From assembly GCF_000143415.4 (NCBI RefSeq), contig NW_003314263.1, forward strand, positions 2,072,749 to 2,136,748: a DNA stretch of 64,000 nucleotides, read 5' to 3'. Positions 11,239 to 20,973 of the stretch are shown one piece after another. Position 1 is the first letter of the stretch, and the number at the start of each line of letters is the position of its first letter. The translations under genes and the position numbers were made by a program. The stretch comes from Selaginella moellendorffii (taxonomy: Eukaryota; Plantae; Lycopodiophyta). Below the pieces are notes generated by a model. That model did not search any database and was not told the DNA's origin. It saw nothing but the letters and a program-made list of their open reading frames with translations.

Positions 11239-13406
11239 CCATAATTATAATATAGTATAATATAATTATTATATAATGATATTAAGCAATAGAGACTCAA
11301 ATTTGGATCACAGCCTCCAAAGTTTTCAAACCTCCAAGAAGCATCCCAAGTTTTTCCCCAAAGTTTTATATTGTTGACAATATTCACATGGACTCTTGAC
11401 ATGTAAAGTTATTGTTTTAAGTTTATCAGTATAGATAATTTATATATTACAATAATTTACTGTTCATTGCATGTAGCAACATTTGGTTTGTTTAATAGTA
11501 GTGTTATTCATATTTATTAATCTAATTGATTAACAAGTTTATAGTTATAAATATGTATATAATTTATAAATACAAGATTAGTCTACTAGAAAGTATTTAG
11601 GAAAATTTATAAATTATAAATACAAGTTTAATCTAAATAAATAACAGCTGTTAGATGGTAGATCCTAAAATATCCAAATATATTTCTTAAGCACACAAAA
11701 AAACATTAAATTTAATTAATAATAATTTTTTATACATAAAACTTATAAATATAAAAATCTTGTTTATATTTATGTTTAACTTATTTTGATTAGGGCACCA
11801 TGAACTTAGTGATGGAGTTTTCTTGTTTAAGCACATTTGTCAGATTCACCAGAATGGCAACCACTTAGATGGCCCATCCCATTTTCTTTGTTTCCCTTTC
11901 TTATATCGAGAGGAATTCAGGCACTATACTTTTTGGATCTTTGCGTGCTTAGGGGTGCACTGAGCTTTCCACTCACCACCACTGGCCTGAATTTCCTCTT
12001 GTTCCTTTGCAATGGTCATCCCATTCCCTTCGTCACTCTTTCGTTCCCCTACACCTTTCATACATATTTCTACACAAACAGGCCACTGGGCCTCATCGAA
12101 ATCCGCCTCGTTCCCATACGCCCCCGATCCAGGCGTGAGGTCGACCAGAATCGCATTCGCGGCGCTCAGCTCCGCCCTCGCTCGATCGTCTCCGTCACTC
12201 CAGCTGCTGCCGAGGATCACATCACATGCCACAGTACGCGGCGCCACGCGGGATTCACAGCATTGTCTCGACCGTCGCGGCTCACGGCGCCGCCCCCGAC
12301 GAACACGCCAGTGAGGGACACGCGCGGGAAGAGCTCCCGGATGCGCACCATCGCCTCCGCTAGATTCCCCGGCGAATATGCGACCGTTGTCCTGGGAATG
12401 CGCCGCGACGCCAGTGGAATCCCCGCGGTGGTGGCGGTGTCCACATCGCGGCAGCTCGATCGCCCCTGGCATTGGATCGCCAATCGAAACTCCTGGAACG
12501 AGGGGAAGGATTGGAGGCTCCCGCTGGATCGAAGCTGAGGATCCTCCCGCGCGAGCTCTTCCAACGGTGCCCCGAGCGTGGCGCTGGCGAGCTCCATCCC
12601 GCTGTTTGGGAGGAGATACGAGAGCGTGAGCTCGGTGGTGTTGGTGATCAAGAAGGTCCCCGCCCAGCCGGCGCGCTCGAGCGAGGGGTGGAGCTCGGTG
12701 AATTGAGCGAGCGTTCGCTGGAAGCTGGGCTTGTCCGGGGTTGAGAGGTTGTACTGCGCGAAGACGAGGCTGTCCAGCGCCGGGTAGAGCCAGTGCGTGG
12801 CCGCGATGCCAAACGTTCCGCCGCCGCCGCCGCCGCCGCGCATCGCCCAGTAGAGATGCTGGTTCTGGCAGCGATTGGCAACGGCGAGGCTTCCATCCGA
12901 GGTCACCACCGAGAACTCCAGGACGTTGTCCGCGGCCAGGCCGAAAGTTGGCGAGAGTGGGCTGCGCCCTCCGCCCTGGGGATGGCCTCCGGCAGCTCCC
13001 ACGGAGCTCGATCCACCGCCGACGAGCACGAACTTGCGATCAAACACCGCCTGGTAGAGCTCTTCCCACTTGACTCCAGCACCGACCGTCACTGCCGGGA
13101 GGTACGTTGCTCCTTTGGATCGATGAGAGCATCCACTCGGGAGGAAGCGGTGGTGAAATCTCATGCTTTTCATTTGGTGTGTCCGGATGCTCAGCGCTCC
13201 CGCGGCGGTGCTCCGCCCGAGGTAGGCGCAGGTTCCTGGCGGCCGCGAATCCCACCGTGGATTGACGCCGAGCCTTGCGAGCACGATGAGTTTCGAGGGG
13301 AGTCTATCGAGCAGCGATCGGTTGATCCCATTTGCCAGTTGCTAGCTTGCATGGCTCCCCTCCAGAATGGGAAGCTCCATCGCTGGCGTGCGTCTCGGCA
13401 GGCTCA
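10470..13406. repeat. Left arm of a large inverted duplication
   Basis: The reverse complement of 10470-12073 matches ~17830-19198, and that of 12074-13406 matches ~15932-17375. Confidence 0.9.
12074..13406 (-). pseudogene. Truncated and deleted copy of the FAD-linked oxidase
   Basis: Near-identical to 15932-17375 but lacks the signal peptide, the C-terminus and the VVKNTGHD segment. Several frameshifting deletions are present. Confidence 0.9.
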
Positions 13407-13499
13407 AGCTAGAAACTTTAGCAACGCTCTAAAACTGAAATAAATACTAGCCGAGCCACTTAGGGCTCAGGGCTCCTCAGATAATTTTTTTCCCCTCTC

Positions 13500-14300
13500 T
13501 AGTTTGTGGTGAAAATCCCTGTTGCTGCCAGGCCGAGAAAGCCTTCTGGCTCAATCTGAAGAGATCAAAATCGAGCTTTATGAGTCTGATTTTCACGATG
13601 CCAATATGTGACGAAGGTGAGGTTTTTCTTTTGGTAAAAGGCCACTGGCTGAGTTGCCGAACAAGGCGATATAGCGGGATCCGAGAGCTTGTTTGATCCT
13701 TACAGGACAATCCTGGGTGGATATTGGTCGGCATTGGAGATCAGGTGGATAGGAACAGCCTCGAGCTCTTCGAAACCACAAGTACGTCTTTTCTCGTTTC
13801 TTTCCTTGCTTTTCCTTGTAACTTGTCTGACAGATTGTTGTCCATGGCACACGAAGAAAACTTAGCTCTCTAGCGCAAGTCCTGCAAAAGGTAGATGGTG
13901 GATTTACGTTCTTCTTACAGGCCTCGTTCGTGATCGGTGGACAGGCTTTTACAGCGCTTGCTATTCAGTTCAAGCATAAAGCTCCTGCACATCGTGCTCA
14001 AAATCGTAAGAAACAAACCACTTGTTCTCGAGACTGAATTGTCTACTTGCACTACACGAAATCGAACTTACATTGGAACAAACGAGCTTTGCATCCATGA
14101 CAGCGTTTGCTCTCAGTTGTATGCTTTTGCATTCCAGATTTACAAACGCTTTGACTGTTTGCAGGTCAAGGTGTACACCACAGAAGTTCAGCAGCTGAAT
14201 TCTCCGCTCCACAACTACATCCGAGCATCAGTTGGACTCGGCATGATAAAGTCCTGATTCCGTGCTCTACACTCATGTGCAGGATTTACCTCCGGCTGTT
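13500..14300 (+). pseudogene. DUF547-family gene remnant with introns
   Basis: The peptides SESLFDPY..DIG..EIRWIG, QK|ASFVIGGQAFTALAIQ and VKVYTTEVQQ..HNYIRASVGL..KVLIP resemble DUF547 blocks. Stops and frameshifts are present. Confidence 0.6.
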
Positions 14301-14607
14301 ATCAGGGAAGTTCTTGAGCTTCAGGAATGTTTCAATTGTGGCATTTGGATTTTCGGTTCCAATACCTGTTTCTTGGAATGCAATAGTAAAACAGAAGTTC
14401 TTTAATATTCCAGGGTGATGGATCCTTATACTAATATCCTCCAACTCAACCTCTGAAGTTTTGATCTTTAGTCACTTCTACCATCCGACCAGTCTTGTTG
14501 TGTTGGTGTTGGCTTGCATAAGAATGTCATTATATGTATGCTAATTGGAATGAATTCGATGATATATCTGATGTAGATCATAAGAGACACAAATCTTATC
14601 CAACACT

Positions 14608-14771
14608 TTTTAGATACGTATTAGTCTCTTCATAATGTTTATTAGTTTTAGATACGTATTAGTCTTTTCATAATGTTTATTAATTTTATGTAGGATCTTC
14701 TAAAGCCAAATTATATTTTATAAATAACACAATACAAGGAATCAATTAATAATAATTTTTTAATTGCAAAA

Positions 14772-14805
<34 letters not shown>
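14608..14805. repeat. ~37 bp tandem duplication and (TA)n microsatellite
   Basis: tttagatacgtattagtct(c/t)ttcataatgtttatta occurs twice at 14608-14683. There is a TA run at 14773-14804. Confidence 0.85.
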
Positions 14806-14810
<5 letters not shown>

Positions 14811-15559
14811 ATTTCAAGAATGAAACATTTTACTTAAATAGAAAGAATTATGTTAATGGCAATAGTTACAAAGAACCCTTGATAAAACATCAATGAACTA
14901 TTGTATTTTGTAACACAATTTGCCATAAAATTTTGTTCCCCACCAAGATTGGAGATGAAACCAGATCAGTTGCAAAAGAATTTTTAACATCCCTTGAAAG
15001 TATAATTGGCATGGTGAGAATGTTTTTTTTTTTCTGGGAGAGCAACTCAAAATGAAACAAGATATAATCAAGCTTAACTATAAACATTATAAAATGAGTG
15101 TTTTAATTAAAAACATGTAAAATATTTACATAGACTTCTTATCGTGCTAGAAGCAAGAGCATAGTATACAAGCTGCAAACAAATGGCATGAGTTTAAGTC
15201 CATGGCAGTTGCAAGGCCATCTGCAATCCAAAGTTGGAGAGGGAATCCACATCTGTGCCTGTCTCTTTTGACAGGGACCTTGTAGCGAAACGAGAATAAG
15301 AGAATTAATTTGTCTATAAGATCACATCTAGAATTTCTGAACAAGTAAAAAACACAGTCTTCGATTTTCTAGACGTATAACTGGCAAGGTTTGACAATGT
15401 CTGATCAACGCGCAAAAAAGAGCACTCACATAGCAAGAGTCAGACCTTAGAAGTTTTCCAGTGTCAAAGCCCAAAGTGCGGTTCTTTTGTTTTTGGCGGC
15501 CGCTCAGAGTAAGATTTTCCTGGATGAACACAAGAACAAGTCCCCGCGGAAAGCCACGG

Positions 15560-15570
15560 TATATAAAAAA
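15560..15570 (+). promoter_or_regulatory. Probable TATA box of the FAD oxidase gene
   Basis: TATATAAA lies ~160 bp upstream of the ATG at 15721. Confidence 0.5.
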
Positions 15571-15720
15571 AGGAGCAATCAATTCGTGCTCACATCATTC
15601 GCTCCATCCTTTGATCATTCGAAGCGTTTGACAAGAGCTCTATCGTTCCGATAGCTACAATTTCTTTACGAGTCCATGTCAGGAAAGAAGAAAAAGGTTG
15701 TACGTTGACATCACACAGCC

Positions 15721-17496
15721 ATGAAAACAGCCACGGTACCTCTGCTCCTCATCGTGATCGTCGCATTCCATCTGGCTCAATCCTTCCGGCCTCCATGCCA
15801 ATGCACAGCCTTCGATCGCCACTGCTGGCCCGACTCTCAATCCTGGGCCACCTTCAACGCCTCCATCGATGGAAAGCTCATCCGCGTGGTTCCTCCGGCC
15901 TCTCCTTGCCACGATCCAGCTTTCAATCGGCGAGCCTGCCGAGAGGCACGCCAGCGATGGAGCTTCCCGTTCTGGAGGGCGGACCAGCCGGGAGCCATGC
16001 AAGCCAGCAACTGGGAATCAAACGGGATCACCGATCGCTGCTTGATAGACTCCCCTCGAAACTCATCGTGCTCGCAAGGCTCGGTGCCAATCTACGCAGT
16101 AGCAGCGAGAAAAGCCTCCCACATCCAAGCAGCGGTGGGATTCGCGGCCGCCAGGAACCTCCGCCTCGTCGTAAAGAACACCGGTCACGACTACCTCGGC
16201 CGGAGCACCGCCGCGGGAGCGCTGAGCATCTGGACACACCAAATGAAAAGCATGAGATTCCACCACCGCTTCCTCCCGAGAGGATGCTCTCGCCGATCGA
16301 AAGACGCAACGTACCTCCCGGCAGTGACGGTCGGAGCGGGAGTCCAGTGGGAAGAGCTCTACCAGGCGGTGTTTGATCGCAAGTTCGTGATCGTCGGCGG
16401 TGGATCGAGCTCGGTGGGAGCTGCCGGAGGCCATCCTCAGGGCGGAGGCCACAGCCCACTCTCGCCAACTTTCGGCCTGACCGCGGACAACGTCCTGGAG
16501 TTCTCGGTGGTGACCGCGGATGGAAGCCTCGTCGTTGCCAATCGCTGCCAGAACCAGGATCTCTACTGGGCGATGCGCGGCGGCGGCGGTGGAACGTTTG
16601 GCATCGCGGTCACCGCCACGCACAGGCTCTACCCGGCGCTGGACAGCCTCGTCTTCGCGCAGTACAACCTCTCAACCCCGGACAAGCCCAGCTTCCAGCG
16701 AACACTCGCTCGATTCACCGAGCTCCACCCCTCGCTCGAGCGCGCCGGCTGGGCGGGGACCTTCGCGATCACCAACACCACCGGGCTCACGCTCTCGTAT
16801 CTCCTCCCAAACCGCGGCATGGAGCTCGCCAACGCCACGCTCGCGGCACCGCTGGAAGAGCTCGCGCGCGAGGATCCCCAGCTCCGATCCAGCGGGAGCC
16901 TCCAATCCTTCCCCTCGTTCCAGGAGTTTCGATTGGCGATCCAATGCCAGGGGCGATCGAGCTGCCGCGATGTGGACACCGCCAACACCGGCATCGCCAC
17001 CGCGGGGATTCCACTGCTCCTGGCGTCGCGGCTCATTCCAAGGACAACGGTCGCATATTCGCCGGGGAATCTAGCCGAGGTGATGGTGCGCATCCGGGAG
17101 CTCTTCCCGCGCGTCTCCCTCACTGGCGTGTTCGTCGGGGGCGGCGCCGTGAGCCGCGACGATCGAGACAATGCTGTGAATCCCGCGTGGCGCCGCGCGC
17201 TGTGGCATGTGATCCTCGGTAGCAGCTGGAGCGACGGAGACGATCGAGCCGAGCAGCGCGCCAGGGCGGAGCTGAGCGCCGCGAATGCGATGCTCATCGA
17301 TCTCACGCCCGGATCGGGGGCGTATGGGAACGAGGCGGATTTCAATGAGCCCCAGTGGCAAGAATCCCTGTTTGGAGAACATTACACGAGGCTGCTGGCG
17401 ATCAAGAAGAGAGTCGATCCGGCGGGGATTTTCCGATGCTACCACTGCGTCGGGAGCGAGGAGTGGAGCGAGGATCTTCTATGCGCCACGCGATAG
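15721..17496 (+). CDS. Secreted FAD-linked oxidoreductase (VAO/BBE superfamily, fungal isoamyl-alcohol-oxidase/ZEB1-like type), intronless
   Basis: 591 aa with a signal peptide. Motifs include CWP..W..FN.SI.GKLI, CSQGSVP.YAV, NLRLVVKNTGHDYLGRS..GALSIWTH, GGGHSPLSPTFGL.ADNVLEF, DLYWAMRGGGGGTFG, and C-terminal GAYGNEADF..WQESLFGEHY.RLLAIKKRVDP. Confidence 0.92.
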   Translation: MKTATVPLLLIVIVAFHLAQSFRPPCQCTAFDRHCWPDSQSWATFNASIDGKLIRVVPPASPCHDPAFNRRACREARQRWSFPFWRADQPGAMQASNWESNGITDRCLIDSPRNSSCSQGSVPIYAVAARKASHIQAAVGFAAARNLRLVVKNTGHDYLGRSTAAGALSIWTHQMKSMRFHHRFLPRGCSRRSKDATYLPAVTVGAGVQWEELYQAVFDRKFVIVGGGSSSVGAAGGHPQGGGHSPLSPTFGLTADNVLEFSVVTADGSLVVANRCQNQDLYWAMRGGGGGTFGIAVTATHRLYPALDSLVFAQYNLSTPDKPSFQRTLARFTELHPSLERAGWAGTFAITNTTGLTLSYLLPNRGMELANATLAAPLEELAREDPQLRSSGSLQSFPSFQEFRLAIQCQGRSSCRDVDTANTGIATAGIPLLLASRLIPRTTVAYSPGNLAEVMVRIRELFPRVSLTGVFVGGGAVSRDDRDNAVNPAWRRALWHVILGSSWSDGDDRAEQRARAELSAANAMLIDLTPGSGAYGNEADFNEPQWQESLFGEHYTRLLAIKKRVDPAGIFRCYHCVGSEEWSEDLLCATR

Positions 17497-17584
17497 TCCT
17501 GTGAATACTCAAGAACCCTAAAAAGGGGGTTCTTAATTGTTGGTAAAAATCCAATAAAAGGAGGGGTAAAAACTCCACATTGAT

Positions 17585-17781
17585 TGATTGAACCAAAATC
17601 TTTGCTCCTACCTTTTGCTGCCACCCGCTGCCACTGGAGGCGAATCCATGCTGTCAGGAAGAAACCCAAGAAAAAAAGAGACCAGTTCTTCCAAAGATCG
17701 TGGAACTCACAAAGAACCTCGCAAGAACTCCAAGTTCGTGATCGGCTATCTCATTTTCGGCCCTCGCATTTTCTCTCGCGA
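17585..17781 (-). pseudogene. Remnant third copy of the unknown gene with almost all of exon 1 deleted
   Basis: The reverse complement reads gcgagagaaaatgcga.ggcc (= 7932-7954) joined to agatagccgatca (= ~9187), then intron 1 and exon 2 (= 9210-9355). Confidence 0.85.
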
Positions 17782-18442
17782 TATTGTGGTAAAGGAAGAA
17801 TAGGCTGATGGAGGAGTTGGGGTCGTTGAAGTAGAAAAATGTATGAAAAGTGTAAAGGAATGATGAGGAAAGAGTGACGAAGGGAATGGAGTGACCATTG
17901 CAAAGGAACAAGAGGAAATTCAGCCCAGTGGAGGTCACACAACTCCCAGTGCACCCCAAGATCCAGAAAGAATAGTGCTTATAAGTTTAATTAGGCTGAT
18001 GGGATCTACCATTTAACAGTTGTTATTTATTTAGATTAAACTTGTATTTATAATTTATAAGCTTTCCTAAATTAGTATATTTTAGTTTATTCTACCATTT
18101 AATGGTTGATATGCAATAAGATTAATCCTGAGTATATAAATTATATACATGTTTGTAGCTTTAAACTTGCATTTGATCAATTAAATTAATAAAAATAACA
18201 CTACTATTAAGAAAACCAAATGTTGCTACATACAATGCACAGCAAATTATTGTTTAATATTTAAATTATCTATGCTGATAAATATATAATAATAAGTCAA
18301 GATTCCATGTGAATATTGTCAACAATATACACTGTTTCTTATTCTTGTATCAAAGGTTGAAAGTTTGAACATATATGAATCAGTCTAGAATATATTTATA
18401 ATATTAAATTTGTTTAATAGTACTTATATTATACTATTATGG

Positions 18443-19198
18443 TTAACAAACTTTACCATTTGACCATGTTAGTATATTTGGATTTCCATCTCTATAAATG
18501 ACTAAATTACAATCTTTCTGAACATGAAATTCTGATAGTACAGCACAATTATATTTTCTACAGTAACTTTTACTTGACCAATAATTAATTATATCGAAAG
18601 CACCATATAAAACAAGATTCCCATCTTCTTGCAATTTCAATTTACAATCAAAAATTTTCCCATACTTTTTTGTACTCCAAAAAGCATTAACACTATTATA
18701 TGATATAATATTACAATCATATTGCATTATTATTGTAAAACGTTTTATATAATCAATTAATTCTTCTCCAACTTTTAGTGTTGCTAATAGCATATCTTTA
18801 TACCCACTTATAAGCCTTGTATTTAGTGGGTTGCAATAAAAGGGAATTTTTGTTAAAACTTCAGCAGTATTAGATGGAGATTTTGGAAAGAAACCTTTTA
18901 CACTGTATAATAAACCAAATATTCCAACATCTGGATAAAAAAAAATCATTAAATAATATGCTGAGTCAAAATTATTGGAAGAATATCTGCACCAGCTCTT
19001 CTAAGTACATTCACTACTTGATTATTTTCGACTAGTGCCTTACCTTGAGAGTTAACACTGCAGTCTACAAAAGTTGTAAAAATAAAAATATGTAAATCAA
19101 TTGTTCTTCTTAATGCATTTCCCATTAAGACATTGGCAGAGTTGAGTTTATTGGTGTATATTGTCCTAAAGGAAGTGCAATTCCAATAAAATTTATAG
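18443..19198 (-). pseudogene. Frameshifted, 5'-truncated copy of the bulb-type lectin gene
   Basis: Highly similar to 10470-11238. A 5-nt deletion near 19125 creates a stop, and there are further indels near 18945-18965. The lectin domain itself is still open. Confidence 0.8.
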
Positions 19199-19561
19199 TC
19201 AATGTCCTCAACACTAAAACCCTAAATCCTGCTTTACACTGCTTTCCAGTCAATGATATTTGGGCAATGATATTGTGTTTGCAGTTGCACACACAAACCT
19301 CAAACACAGCCCATGGAATGTTTATATATAATGAAGTTGTTTTGGGGGCTATTGTGATATTTGCTAACTATTTTAGATCTTTAAAGTTATGACCGTCTTA
19401 AATTTAAATTTTGTTGTTAAGATCATTACCAGAACTTCCCAATTACACTCGTTTAAGCTATTCCTCTTGGCATTGTCCTTTCAATTGTGGCATGGTGGGT
19501 TAGCTGCGAAGAAAACGTTATTTGTAGTTCCAGGAAGAAGGCAAGAGTTACCGCTTGGATA

Positions 19562-20642
19562 TTACACGCACTTCTTATGCTTGATAAGCCATGCTCGGAT
19601 CGTCCTGTACCATCCGTATTGTATGAAGAGCGAGATGATTCGCGTGACCGGAAGGAAGACAATCTCTGCAAGAGTGTAGCAAACAGACATGTGTGGGGAC
19701 ATGCCTGTGCAAAGGATGGCGAGAAGATGGCCATCAAAGTTGCAAGAAACGTTGAACCTCCCTGCTCTGATCCCGTCCATGGCTTTTCTTGCGACGTCGA
19801 TCGCCACCATTGCACTGGAGGACTCAGACAAGATCTTTGTTATCTCCGGTTTGAACTTGTTCTCTGCATGTTTAACACACGAGAAGAGGAGAAAAAGAGG
19901 AAGCGAAAAGGCATACCTTCTCGGAGTCCGGGAGTGTCTGTGTCAGGAGGATAGATGACCGAAATCTGGATCTTCCGGAGGAAGAGCTCTTGTTTGAGGC
20001 TCTCCGCGAATTTTACCAGCGCAACCTTTGCTCCCGAGTAGCATGCGAATCCATAAATTCCAGCCTACGAAAGAAGAAGACCGTGATAGAAGACCAACAG
20101 AAAAGAAGTACCTGGGCTGCTTGAGAAGAGAAGATCGCAATGCTGCGAGGATACACCCCGCCATCTCTCACCATCCCTGGCAACGCGGCCTTGATCACAT
20201 TCATCGTCCCCATGAAATTAATCCCCACCACCGTGTCGAGATCCTCGTCTCTGGCATCCTCAAACGCGCAAGGAATAGAAATCCCGTGGCTGCAAACCAG
20301 CACATCCACATCCCCAGCCTCAACCATTGCCCTCCGCAGCCCTGCTCGATCCAAAACATCGGCACTGACAAATCCCACCTCCGTGTCACTAGATCCACTC
20401 ACAGCCGCCGCGACCGCATCCCTGGCCTCTTTCAACCTCTCGACATTCCGCGCCAAGAGCGTCACCTTGCGCGCGCCATGCGCAGCGGCAATCTTCGCGA
20501 GCTCAAGCCCGATCCCGCTCGATCCACCAGAAATAAGAATGTGCCTGCCACGGATCTCCACCGGAGACGACGGCACCTTGAGAACCCACAGAGCGAGCAG
20601 CACGATCGGGAGCAGCAGCAAGATCGCTAGAACGAACACCAT
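19562..20642 (-). CDS. TSC10: 3-dehydrosphinganine (3-ketosphinganine) reductase, SDR family, multi-exon
   Basis: N-terminal TM segment, RHILISGGSSGIGLELA, DVLVCSHG, SSQAAQ, FPPEDPD/DTDTPG and RFNVSCNFDG..LCTGMSP. Confidence 0.88.
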
Positions 20643-20973
20643 CGCCAACGCCCATAAACCCTAAATTCCCCACAAGCCCTAAAACTCCAAGTAGTGGATT
20701 ATACAAAGAAATGTACACTTAAAGCGACAAAATTACCAACATAAATAAAGAACGTTAGAAAGGACGTCCCGTTACAGTGCTACCACTCTGGTCTTCTTCT
20801 TCTTCTTTACTTCTCTCTTCTCTTCTCATTTCTTCTCCCCATCCTCCACAGGGTACAAAAGTTATTACACTATTTACGTCTGCAAACAACACAACAGAGA
20901 ACACAAATTTACACTTTAGTTGCAAGAGGAAAACTTTTGCTGTGCCTGTTTGGTTTGACGATTTCTCGCTCGC

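Larger units (their letters stand above)
15932..19198. repeat. Right arm of the large inverted duplication
   Basis: See the left arm. This arm contains an extra 17376-17830 segment that is deleted in the left arm. Confidence 0.9.
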
